From Podarcis gaigeae (taxonomy: Eukaryota): a DNA stretch of 64,000 nt. Positions 1 to 11,779 of the stretch are shown here, piece after piece. Each line of letters opens with the position of its first letter. Positions within the stretch are counted from its first letter, which is position 1. Location: assembly GCA_964106915.2 (NCBI GenBank), contig OZ066919.1; one strand, given 5' to 3'. The notes beneath the pieces are model-generated. The model was not told the origin of the DNA. It searched no databases and saw only the letters and a program-made list of their open reading frames with translations. The translations under genes and the position numbers were made by a program.

Positions 1-36
1 CAACAGCGAAGACTTCCCAGCGTTAGGGAATCCTAC
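1..36 (-). CDS. MTG2: MTG2 coding exon 5 (partial): VGFPNAGKSSLL
   Basis: Acceptor tttattccag| at 38-37; P-loop motif. Confidence 0.93.
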
Positions 37-3000
37 CTGGAATAAAGAGCCCAATTTGGATTATTTAGAAGGCAGGTCTCTAGCCACACTGTTCAGACAC
101 GTCACTGTTTGGCTGAAGCTAGAACATTGCATTTTAATACATAGGTGCGCATAGACGGGGTTTGTGAAAATGCTGCACCCACATGCTTCCCCATGATACG
201 TGTTGTTCATAACGGCTAGACAAGGTGAGCCCAAGTTTTCCAGTTGTTGCTACCATGAACATCATCAGCCTCCAAGTCAAGAGATCCAATCAGGAAAGCA
301 CATGCACACACACCAGTACAAATCAAAGAACTACATTTTTAAAGTCATATCTCCCTCACTCCACATTATGGGTAAAGGTATTTAAAAAAAAGGTAAAGGA
401 CCCCTGGACAGTTAAGTCCAGTCAAAGGTGACTATGGGGTTGTGGCACTCATCTCGCTTTCAGGCTGAGGGAGCAGGCATTTGTCCACAGACAGCTTTCC
501 AGGTCATGTGGCCAGCATGACTAAACCGCTTCTGGCACAACAGAACATTGAGACGGAAACCAGAGCACATTGAAACACTGTTTACCATCACGCCGCAGCG
601 GTATAATAATAATAATAATAATAATAATAATTTATTATTTATACCCCGCCCATCTGGCTGGGTTTCCCCAGCCACTCTGGGCGGCTTCCAAAAGAATATT
701 AAAATACTGTGATACATCAAACATTCAAAGCTTCCCTAAATGGGGCTGCCTTCAGATGTCTTCTAAAAGTCTGGTAGTTGTTGTTTTCTTTGACATCTGG
801 TGGGAGGGCGTTCCACAGGGAGGGCGCCACTACCGAGAAGGCCCTTTGCCTGGTTCCCTGTAACCTGGCTTCTCACAGTGAGGGAACTGCCAGAAAGCCC
901 TCGGCGCTGGACCTCAGTGTCCGGGTAGAACGATGGGGGTGGAGACGCTCCTTCAGGTATACTGGACCGAGGCCGTTTAGGGCTTTAAAGGTCATCACCA
1001 ACACTTTGAATTGTGCTCGGAAACGTATCTATTTATCTACTTGCACTGGTGTGCTTTCGAACTGCTAGGAGCTGGAACAGAACAATGGGAGCTCACCCCG
1101 TCGTGGGGATTTGAGCCACCAGCCTTCAGATTTGCAAACCCAAGAGGCTCAGTGGTTTAGACAACAGCACCACCCGCATCCCTCCACATTATGGAGCTGT
1201 TCCTAACTAAACAATGAAGGTTTGTTCCTCCAGAGTCAAATGTTCTACCGAAAAAAGGCAGACTCACCATCCCTGCATGGGCCATGGTTTTAAGCTCCAA
1301 ATGGAGAATTTTTTCTTGACCTGGTTCACCCTTAGTAGCAGTTGTTGGCGCTCGATTGTCATTGGCCAGAAAGAAACGGTTGCCTTTCCCTCCAGCTCCA
1401 CCATAGGCTGCAACGTACTCCTCACCATGATGGTTGAGATCAGCCACAATTGTACAGTCCTCTTTAACCACCGTACCAATGGGAACCTTGAAAGTAAAAA
1501 GAAAGTTAAGCAAAGCAAAGAGGACCGTTTGCAATGCGTTGCAATTTGCTTATGCCTGAGTGCAAGCAGAGATCCAAACAGTCCCAGGAAACTCTCCGAA
1601 CTCTCTCACATGGATGAAGTATGCCTGTAAGCATTTAAAAGGCTGAAAATTAGAGAAGTAAGTTGTGTTATGGGGCAGCAAACAAAGACAATTACTTTTA
1701 AAAAACAATTAAATGTATAAAACTTAAAATTAAAACATTAGCTGCTTACCTTAACATAGATAGTTTTACCAGCAGCTCCATAACAGTTTTTGCTCCCTCC
1801 ATTTACTCCACTGAAACCTCGATAGAGTGAGAGAAGAGAAGCCAAGGATCTGACTTGCTTATCCACTGTAAAGCAAGATTCAAAATGTTTGAAGCGTACA
1901 GTACTCCTATTAGATAAATTTTCTTGTCTGCATATGCAAATCAAGTGATTCCAAGATGAGGACACATCATTAATGTCAGAGAATGTTGTCTCTGCACTAC
2001 CCAGCAGAGGACACTGGGACAAAGCAATACTAGGAGTGATCAGGTGTTCTTACTGCTCACCTGCCTAAACCATATTAGAATGCTAACAGCGTATTAATGT
2101 ACATTAAAATATTTTTGAAAGCAATGTCTTTCAGAAGGTAACTTCGCTTGTGATCACCAAACCAAAATATTTCAATGATCTTAGGAAGACAACATGGAAA
2201 ATGCCAAAAAATATAAATTGTTTCACACCTTGTTCTATACACTTTGTTTTCAGTAGTTAAAAGCTGCCAAAATTCATTAATCCGTTCTGTCAATGATAAA
2301 CACACTTTGGTGCATTATCTTATTTTGGCTAGCTTAGATTATTGTAATTCTCTATTCCCATTTTAAGCATCCTATTCTATCTCGAATTCTGCCACCCAAC
2401 TTGGGCTTTTTTTCTTGTATCCCCCCACCCCCCGCTTAAAAATATATTATTATTTATTATACTTACATACCACCCTTCATCCAAAGCTCACAGGGTGGTT
2501 TACAGTATAAAAACACAAGCATCATGTTCCTTTTCTTTGGATTACTTTATGGTGGTAATGTTACCATATTATGCTAAATTTCAGGTAGCATCTCGGATCA
2601 AATGATCCCACCATTCAAGTAGAAGGCACTTCTAAGTGTAGTGCATCTCTGTGAGCTGCCTTGATCCTGGCTCTAGAGGAGGCATAAAGAACCTCTGGTC
2701 CTCCAAAATGTTGCTGGAGTCCGCTTCCCATCAATCCCAGCCAGCACGGCCAGTGGTGTGATGATGGGAGTTGTAGCTGTAGTACAGAAACATTTAGAGG
2801 ACAGCAAGTTTCCCAACCCTGCTCTTGAGGGTCAGCAGAATGAGTGAAATGAACAAACCCTCGTGAGCAGAAGTAAATTCTGCTTGTCTTATAGGATCTT
2901 TGGATCAAAATTTGTGTTCTTTGTTCTACCACCACCATCACCCCGCCTTTTGCTCCAGTTCATCTTCTTGATTATTTGTGTCCTCTTGATCATTTGTGTT

Positions 3001-6000
3001 TTCTTCTTTGATAAGTCTCATACATTTCCTTCTGCTTTGCACCTTTCTGCTCTTTCCTTTTTTTGCTTCTTTTAATGAAATTCATTGCCAGCCTATAGTT
3101 GGTTAATTCATTCTTCTTTCCTTATTTAAATATGTCTCACAGATTAAAGCTATAACAGAGTTATTATGGTTTACATTTTTACATTCTCCTTCTCTTCCTC
3201 TAGTTTCAATTATGTGTCTTCTTTGTCTATACTGTATGAGAAGACAAGCACAGACCAGTTTCTGTTTGTACTCAATACAACACCTGGTTTTTTTAGGTGC
3301 TCAGATAATAATAATTATTATTACTGCAGCTAAGCTGCTTAAGACAGTACTTTGCAAAAGATGGAACTGTGATTACCATGCACTTTGTATATAAGGAGCT
3401 TAAGAAAGTTTCTAGAATGCAAGTTAAGACACAAAAAACCCCAGTGCCACAAAATAACCACCAAACATTTTACAGCTACTGATGCATTCGGTAAAGAGGT
3501 TCAAGCTATGTGTTTTTGAAGAATGGTTCTTCACGTGGAAGAGAGCATGTTCAATCTAAAATAGTTTACTTTTCATTGTATTGGAATTGCCTTTTCAAAG
3601 CTGCAATTTCAGCACAATTACTGAGCATAAAATATACAGGAATTGTGCTACGACCTAATGTAGAGCTTGTCAAATGAGCAAAAGCATTATGTACACAACC
3701 GGCACTGTGCCCATGCAGCCACTGACAGCTTAGTCTAGGCATGCTGTGGGTATAGGAGTTTGAAAATTCAGCAGCAAGCTTGGAAAAGAATACAGTCATA
3801 TGCACACTTAGATGGGTGCAAGCCCCAGTGAACACAGTGAAGCCTACTCAAGTGTAGAAATGCAGAGAACTGAGCTGCATTAGGGCAGAACTCCCAGGAT
3901 GACTTCGGTGTGCAATACTTGAGCAATCCAATCAAAGTTTGATCTGTTTAAGCACCATTCCGATCAATGGAGCATAAGCACACACACTTAGATTCTAGTG
4001 GAGGCTGGACTGATTTATACATTATGAATGCCATAGATGGAATTTACTTTTACGGAGCAAGTCTGTGTGTCTGTAAATTTCTATGCAACTTATATATAGC
4101 ATGGAAGTGCCCCCTTTAGACAATTCAAGTTACAAGAAAGGAGATTCCAGCTAAACATTAGGAAGAACTTTCTGACAGCAAGAGCTGTTTGACAGTGGAA
4201 CAGACTCCCTTGGAAGGTGGTGAGCTCTCCTTCACTGGAGGTTTTTAAAGCAGAGGTTGGATAGCCATCTGTCAGGGATGCTTAAGTTATGATGCCTGCA
4301 CTGCAGCGGGTTGGACTGGATGATCCTTGGGAACCCTTCCCAGTCTACAATTTAATGGAACACCACTGGGCGCAAGCAATTAATCTGCCCATGTTTATTC
4401 TGGGCATCCACCAGTATAGGAGCTGCCTCTTCTTTCAGAGAATTTCTGCCTTGTGGAACACAGGTGCTAATATGCAGTTTCAAGGCTGTTTCTAAGCACC
4501 TTTGGTAAGCACTCTCAATAATGTTTTTCTATTCCACTTAGGTCATTATGCCACTCTCATCACAATGCTGAAGCACAATCCATAAGTATATTATAAGTGT
4601 GTTATATAAGTGTATTATTATGGTAGCTTTTGGCTTCAAGAGGGAAAATGGTATCGACTTTCATGCATAAAAACAAGGTCAGAGAGATGTGCTTTCTATT
4701 ATTTCCACAGAGTGACCCTTCTAGTATCTCTACAGCATATGCACATAATTCATGTCAAGTTGTCAACTAGCTGGATCCTCTCTTTACAGTGATTCATTCC
4801 AAATAAACTGAGCTATGCATAAAATGCTTTCTTGTTTTTGGAAAACTATTTTTAGATTAATTTCAGGCTGGTCCAGTTATATACTGCTTTTTGTTAAATG
4901 TAAAACATTATGTTGGATTTTGAGTTTTACATTACTTGCATTGAAATTATTTTATGTATTGCATTATATTTTAATCATTTTATTGATTTTTGTAAACTGC
5001 CCAAAGAACTTTGGTTGAAGCGAAGTCTAGAAACAAAATAAACCAATGTATCAAGATGTGTGCAAGAGATATTATCTCTTACCTTTCAGTATAATGTCTC
5101 CCCCATCTCCTCCATCTCCACCATCAGGACCTCCATATATTTTTCTAGGTTCACTGTGGAAACAGCTGATACCATCACCTCCTTTGCCTCCTACCACATA
5201 TACCCTTCGATGATCTACAAAGTATCGGGTCTGAAATAGGGAGAAACACTATTCAGAAAAGCAAATCAGGACATTTAAGAAATTTTCAATTCTAAGCCTC
5301 CTAGGAATTAAATTTCCATTTGATAAGGGAGAGGCATTTAAAGTCTACTAGGAATTAAATTTCCATTTGATAAGAGAGAGAGACATGCATATTGCATTTA
5401 AGGAACTGGCCAGATAAATTTATCTGGCATTTATTACCTAGCAAAAATTCTTATACTCAAGGCCACAGACTGGGATAGGTATATTCTGGAGGACTGATCC
5501 ATCCCTTGGATGTTTTCGACATTTCTCAGAATTCTATCAGTTCTTCAGAAAAAAGGAAACTTGATTCCACATTCCAGTGTTCTGGGCAATTATTGCAAAG
5601 GCACTAGTATGGCCAACAAGCAATTATGCATCTATTTCGTATAGTGACCAAAGAAGGAAAAGGGGGCAGATTTTCCGTACTGGTATATTATGTTTTCCAT
5701 GAAGTAGCTCTTGAAAAGCACTGATTCAATTGGTTCAAAATGCCATTGCCAAAATGTTTGGCACTGTCCAGCCACAGCAGGTTCCGCTGTTGTTATTACT
5801 GGTCATACATTTCTTTTCATTCAAATTGCTCATTTTCACCTTTAAAGTCCTAAATAGCTAGGACTTTCCCTCCTATAGCTCTCCTTATGCACTCTAACAA
5901 GCCCTGTTGGTACTGCCCTGGTTTCTCCTGCTGAATGAGAAGCCGTATGAAGGATTGGGTATTTTATTATGCAAGACACTTTGCAGGGAAATACACCTGC

Positions 6001-9000
6001 CCCTTCTTCATTTTCATTCCAAGTAAAGTGGGAAGGTCTATAAGCTCAGGGCTTTGCAAGCAAAAGGCTCCAGGTCTGAGTTCCTGGCATCTCTAAGTTG
6101 GGCCAGTCATTGAAGAAAGAATACCAAAAGAGATGAACAAATGCTCTGACTTGATAGAAGGCAGCTTCCTATTTTCCTAGTTGCACTCAGTCCCCATTTC
6201 TCAAGGGTATTCTTTTTCAGCTTATGATCAGAAGCGAGGAGCAAATACAGCAGGCAGTCCTCCTTCTCATACAGTGCCTCTTATCGGGATACAAAGTGCT
6301 TAACTGTTATCTAATTTATTCCAAGGCAGCGGCATTCAGTTTGTTCAGGGACCCTTGGAGACTTATCAGGGGCTCCTCTGTGAAAGGACAGACAACGACA
6401 GGTAAGTTTGCCTTAAAGAGAACTTGCTCACTGTTAGTGGACCTTGCTCTCCAATACAGTGCTGCAAGGAAGAGGTGGGTATGTTCAAAAGGGCACTCTT
6501 GTGCTGCCAACAAGACCCAACAAGTTTGGACCAATGGCCTGCCTGAACCGCGCAGGCATCCAGAACATGTCCCCAAATGCTCTATGGTAGGTTGGAGATC
6601 CACGGCAGACATGAAAAGCTTCCTCAGCAGAGGTTGATGTGGAAAGTGCTCCCTGAGGTTACAGAGCTCAAAATACAGTAATGTATCTGAACCAAGAAAG
6701 GGCAGAGGGAGGAAACAGTTAATTTATTCTAGTGCTCTCTAACACAACCCAGTATGCTGTAAAAACAGCATTCAGCATTTAAAGGACATATTTATCTAGC
6801 ATTTCCCCCTTCTTGGAGGAGAAAAGCTGTAGCTATCCCAGCAGCAATCTCACTGGCCCAGCAGTTACAATTCGTTTTTTATTTCACTTTTTAACTCTTC
6901 TTGCTGTAATATAGCCAAGTAATCACTATGTTCCCTGTGAGTTTTTTAATAGTATACTCTATAAATCAGTACAGAATTACTGGTGATATCTTAAGTCTTG
7001 TGATAACACCAAAGAATTATAGTTTGTTTTTTAAAGCACAAGCAGCTGGAAGGGAACTGATTGCCACAAACATGGCCAGTTAGGCAAATGCTGCAGAGAA
7101 AGGTTCAGGACATTGAAAATAACGCAGGGTGAGTGCCTGGGCAAAATGCAGGTGGCCAGCTGTGTGCTTAAGTTGTGACAATATTTGAGGAAAAGAACAT
7201 TTTCTGAATTTACATAGCATCACCAAGTGGTTAAAACAGCAAACTGCTGCCTTAAATTACTCAAAAGCAGCACAATAGTTGTCCTTTATCTGTGGTTTGT
7301 TGCTAACAGGATTTATAAGCTTGCAATCTCAAACACATTGCAAATTAAGTTGAACAAAAGAGCCCTTTCATCAACAGAGAGGATTATGCAGCCATATTTT
7401 TCACAAGATGAGTTTGTGATCTCACGATAAATAGCCACAATATGTACTCTAGTAACCTTAGTTATCAAACGTATCTTCAGCTTGTGAGCTGATCAGTACT
7501 TGACAGATGCAGTTCTGAGCACAGACTATCTCGTGATTTGGCCAGGGGCTCATGCACAAAAAGCAGGATGCGCAGGGCAGGGCTATCCACCATTATCCAC
7601 CAGGGCTATCCAACTGAAAAATCTACTTGAAGAGGAAAAATGACTGGCACATCTGCATTTTTAACACAAACTTGCCATGTAAATCTGAAGTTCCTATTGT
7701 TGTTGTTGTTGATATTATTAAATTTGTATATGAAATTAAGTCCAAATACAATCTAAATCTTACATAAGTACTTAATGCACAACCTCGCAGTACAGAAACA
7801 AACAGAATTAGCAAGATATGAACACACAACTTAGCTTATTATTAGTCATTTGATAAAAGAACCACTTTTGTTAAGGTCAGTGAACTATGGCCCCAACTAC
7901 CTACAATTGTCAGAATTCTTGCAGCTGAATTCTAACTACCAAGAGGCTTCGAAGCCATTTTGCAGCCCCACTAAAAGCCAAATAATGAAGTGACATTGAG
8001 ACCCCTTATTCTTACATGTATACACAAGAGCAAGTATGATACAGTAAACAGAGCACTGAACTTGGAATGGAGAGAGATTGGTTCATCAAATCCTGCTCAG
8101 CCTTGTAACCAGCTGGCTGTCTACCACCTCCCATCCTAAACTCTCTATAAGATGGCCGTCAGGATAAGAAGGAAGTGGTAGCAGGGAGAAACTACGTATG
8201 GTGTCTGGTACTCCTGGGAGAATGGGAGTGGGGAAATGGAAATTTAGTAAATAAACAAAGATAACATACCGTTCATTCCTACATATCTTTTCTTAGAGAA
8301 GTAAAGATTGCAGCCTTTTTCAACCTGTTTATAGGATTACAGTGGTACCTCAGGTTACATACGCTTCAGGTTACAGATTCCACTAACCCAGAAATAGTGC
8401 TTCAGGTTAAGAACTTTGCTTCAGGATGAGAACAGAAATCATGCTCCAGCGGCGCAGTGGCAGCAGGAGGCCCCATTAGCTAAAGTGGTGCTTCAGGTTA
8501 AGAACAGTTTCAGGTTAAGTACGGACCTCCAGAACGAATTAAGTACTTAACTTGAGGTACCACTGTACTTCTATGATCATGTAAGTCAGGGTGTCTGCAT
8601 CCTAAAAACACTTGCATGCAAAATTTCTGTTGTAACACAATTTAAAGAAACAAAGTAGACATTGCTAAGGGTTTTCAAACAGTATTTCTGCCTTATCATC
8701 CTGTAATCTTCACATGAAAAGGATGTAAGAAATAAAAATGCCAGAGTTCTTACCAAATGCTTACTAATAAATGTTTAGCTTAATGTTTTCTGGTTTTGTA
8801 TTATGTCTTAAATTTACAAAGGCTTTTAAATCAATGTGTTATAGGAAAGTGGAAGTCAGGGAACTCCAAAAGCAAGTAAGAGAAGACAAGAAATATATTG
8901 CAGTACCACTAAATTTAATTTGCAGCTAAACTGAATATTTTTCAAGACTTTACCAGCTTCTTTTCTGACAGGTCTCTTTTATGTCCCCGTCGCCGAGACT

Positions 9001-9127
9001 TGGAACACCTTGTGCAGGTTGTGCTAAAATTCCTGTGCCAGGTCTTCTGAAGTAAGTAACTCTGTATGAGTGAATGTGTCACTCTCCATTGGCTTTCCAA
9101 CCAAGCTCTGATGGGTATTTGTTGCAT
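1..9127 (-). CDS. MTG2: Mitochondrial ribosome-associated GTPase 2 (GTPBP5/ObgH1), 5' part; join complement(1..36,1268..1486,1750..1865,5083..5230,8954..9127); runs off the window start
   Basis: Spliced translation gives the Obg glycine-rich domain (FVDHRRVYVVGGKGGDG..GPDGGDGGDGG..GGAGGKGNRFF..LELKTMAHAGM) followed by the G1 P-loop VGFPNAGKSS. All junctions are GT-AG and in phase. The N-terminus is basic and presequence-like (RNFSTTCTRC). Confidence 0.96.
372..1181 (-). mobile_element. Sauria-type SINE split by an L2 insertion (SINE parts 372..603 and 1028..1181)
   Basis: Colinear with the copies at 12940 and 48763; flanked by the 13-bp TSD CTCCACATTATGG (359-371, 1182-1194). Confidence 0.88.
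604..1027 (-). mobile_element. L2-clade LINE 3' fragment with (ATT)n tail
   Basis: Minus strand translates RFRAQFKVLVMTFKALNGLGPVYLKERL..RAFSVVAPSLWNALP, an L2 ORF2 C-terminus. Confidence 0.85.
1268..1486 (-). CDS. MTG2: MTG2 coding exon 4 (219 nt): VPIGTVVKE...AHAGM
   Basis: ttcaag| acceptor, |gtgagt donor; inside ORF 1157..1534. Confidence 0.95.
1750..1865 (-). CDS. MTG2: MTG2 coding exon 3 (116 nt): VDKQVRSLASLL...TIYVK
   Basis: tttacag| acceptor, |gtaagc donor; phase 1 to 0. Confidence 0.95.
2679..2821. mobile_element. hAT-type palindromic MITE
   Basis: Imperfect inverted ends with a near-identical 8-bp TSD CTCTAGAG/CTCTTGAG; relatives near 22910-23036, 34155-34260 and 60870-60980. Confidence 0.6.
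4121..4352 (+). mobile_element. CR1 LINE 3' end
   Basis: FQLNIRKNFLT..WNRLP-like ORF2 end plus ggttggactggatgatc..cccttcc..tctac tail; further tails at ~9700-9822(+), 13480-13551(+) and 25998-26156(-). Confidence 0.75.
5083..5230 (-). CDS. MTG2: MTG2 coding exon 2 (148 nt): TRYFVDHRRV...GDIILK
   Basis: tatttcag| acceptor, |gtaaga donor; not in the ORF track, translated by hand. Confidence 0.95.
8340..8565. mobile_element. Tc1/mariner(pogo/Tigger)-type MITE, family A
   Basis: TIR CAGTGGTACCTC / GAGGTACCACTG with TA on both flanks. Confidence 0.9.
8954..9127 (-). CDS. MTG2: MTG2 coding exon 1 (174 nt coding; exon starts 9133): MQQIPIRAW...SEKKL
   Basis: Acceptor cccttgatag| 6 nt before the ATG; donor |gtaaag; ends in SEKKL, in phase with the next exon. 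Confidence 0.88.
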
Positions 9128-10269
9128 ATTTGCCTATCAAGGGAGAAAAACAGTGCTGCCGAGATCAAGACATACTAAAGAGCAAACATTGAGAAAACAA
9201 GAAGTGCCAATGTATCAAAACTGAACACAAATTCCTTCTTGAAAAGACCAATTATGCACAGCTGCTTCCACTTCTGAGTTGCAATGGTTGTGAAAGGGCT
9301 GGAAAATCAAGTACACTTAACTGATGAATTGCTGCCCTCACAAGAGCATTCTCACAAACACTTTTGTTATTGCACAACTCCCCCAGATCAGTCCTGCTAT
9401 TCTCTGTAATAAAGGTACCTCAGTCATCAAAACACTTATCCTTGCACATCCCACTTGCACATTTGCAGAATCAAACTGGCATGTTGAGAATATGGAACAA
9501 ATGCAGTCAAACTTTGTTAAATGATAGCACAACTGTGTGGTTATTTTAACTTTTATAATATAAAATCAAGTCTCCAACATTCTGTTAGATGTAAGCACAA
9601 TTAAGAATCAGAACCCAGAATGCAACAATTCAGATGAAGGGGTAGGCTTGATTCAGTCGGCAGGCTCACCAGTGATAGGAAGCAGGTTAATCCCTCTCTT
9701 TCCTTGGAGGTTTTTAAGATGAGGTTGGTTGGACATCTGTCATAAATGCTTTCCTTGAGATTCCTGCATAGCAGGTGGTTGGACTAAATGATCCTTGCGG
9801 TCCCTTCCAATTCTACAGTTCAGTAGTACAGTCTAACTGTATTCATTTACCTTCTCTGATATAAGAAAATAACTATCACTCAATCCCGTGGGCATGTGTA
9901 AGAGATCTGCACTTAGGGACACTTTTGAAGCAAGGGCAAAACAAGCACTCCAACAGAGTGGCATGACAGTGATACTTGGAGGGTGCAATGGACTGCAGTG
10001 TGCACCGACACAATGCACCAGCTTCCTGGTATGTGAACTGTTGGTGCTTATAGGCAGAAGACAGTTTACCACAGTGCAAGTACACTAGCAAGAGCACCAT
10101 ATTGCTTCTTCACCAGATTGTTTGGTGTTTTACTATGTTTTCATATATGCTGTAAGCCGCCTAGAGTGGCTGGGAAAACCCAGCCAGATGGGCGAGGTAT
10201 AAATAAAATTATTATTACTGTATTACTATTATTATTGTTGTTGCTGTTGTTGTTGTTATTCTAGTTAGT

Positions 10270-10390
10270 GTATTTAGCACATTTATATCTTCCTTTTTCT
10301 TCCATCACAAAACCCAAGACATGGAGTTCTCAGACGGTCACCTTTCGCAAGTGCTGATCATACCCAGGCTTGATTGGCTTCAGCACAGTT
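10270..10390 (-). mobile_element. Degenerate 5S rRNA-derived SINE fragment
   Basis: Minus strand gaagccaatcaagcctgggtatgatcagcacttgcgaaaggtgaccgtctgagaactcc resembles the internal box A/C half of 5S rRNA and is followed by a LINE-like tail. Confidence 0.5.
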
Positions 10391-10704
10391 ACCGCACGTT
10401 TTGTGTTGTGAAGAGCCACATAACGTGGCAAGGACCAGTAGAATGAAAAAACAAGTTAGGCTGCCAACCTATAGTGACTTAGCCAATAGCAAGTCCAACT
10501 GAAGACAGTGGGAGATTATTTCTGAGTAAACACATGCAGGACTGCACTGTTAGCCATCCTGGTGGGATAGGAATGTCTGAGACTACTAACCAGAATGATA
10601 AACACAGCACACGCCTATTTTATTTTTATTGTGTGTTTTAATTATGGATTTAATTCACACTTGTAAACCGCCTATTATGGCATTAAACTGATTAAACAGC
10701 AACA

Positions 10705-11395
10705 AGTCTTGGGACTAAAGCCTAGCCACAGTAGTTAATGCGCTGGCTGCTTCAAAACTGGATTACTGCAATGTGCTCTGTGTGGAGCTTCCCTTGTGCA
10801 TGATCTGGAAGCTGCAATTAGTGCAGAAGTCAGTGGCACAATTGCTGGCGGAAGTGAGGCCTTGTCACCTGTGCTCAGAGATCTGCACTGGTTGCCGATT
10901 TCCTACTGGGCCAGGTCCAAGGGGCTGCTATTAGCATACCAAGCCCGTAACAACTTGGGACCAGAGTAGCTACGATATCGCCTTACCCTACATGCACCCA
11001 CTTAGCCCACTTCAATCGGATCGGAATTGGCACTTACAGCAGGCGCCACACAACATCCGCAGCACATCTGCATGAAAAGCTCAGGATCGTTCTGTGTGGG
11101 AGCACCTGCACTTTGGGACACCCTGCACAAATGGAATCAAATCAACAACTGCACTCTTTTTCGGTGCACTCTTCTGTTTAGACAAGCCTACCTGGATGCT
11201 TACAGAGAGCTGAGGTCATTATCACCTGATTTGGCATTTTTAACTTCTGCGTGTTTTTAAAGCAGCATTGTGAATCTTTCTCGGTCTTATGTTTGTTTGT
11301 TTGTTTGTTTAATCTTTTTGTAACCCACTCTGGGGTGCTGGTTTCTTTTCTTTTCTTAACATTAAAGAAATAATTTAATTTAATTTAAAATAAAT
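10705..11395 (+). mobile_element. L2 LINE ORF2 3' fragment
   Basis: LATVVNALAASKLDYCNVLCVELPL..KLQLVQK and later SFCVGAPALWDTL motifs. Confidence 0.8.
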
Positions 11396-11565
11396 ACATA
11401 CTGCAGCAGCAGCTCTCCCAGCCTGTCCAGCACATTTTCTGAGGCAAATATCTAGCTGCCCATGGACTTTTTCTTGTTTTCCACAGGAGGCCGGCCCCCC
11501 TCTGCTCAACCGCCTTTCTCACTCACACACACGCAGCGCATCTCGCTCCCCACTTCTCCGCCCTC

Positions 11566-11580
11566 CATATATATTCTCTC

Positions 11581-11617
<37 letters not shown>

Positions 11618-11660
11618 TATATATGAGAATGATATATATGAATGAGATATATATATATCC
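11566..11660. repeat. Compound (AT)n/(AC)n microsatellite
   Basis: Seen directly in the sequence. Confidence 0.9.
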
Positions 11661-11779
11661 CTCTCACACACAATGATTTTATCGTGGTTTCTTCTCGTTT
11701 TTAGGCACCTAGGTGTTTTTTTTGTAAGGTTTGTTTGTAAAAGAAGAAGAAACGGCATACGCGTAAATTAAAAAAAAGT

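Noticed and set aside
10320-10385. Functional 5S rRNA gene
   Set aside because: Partial, heavily diverged and fused to a LINE-like tail.
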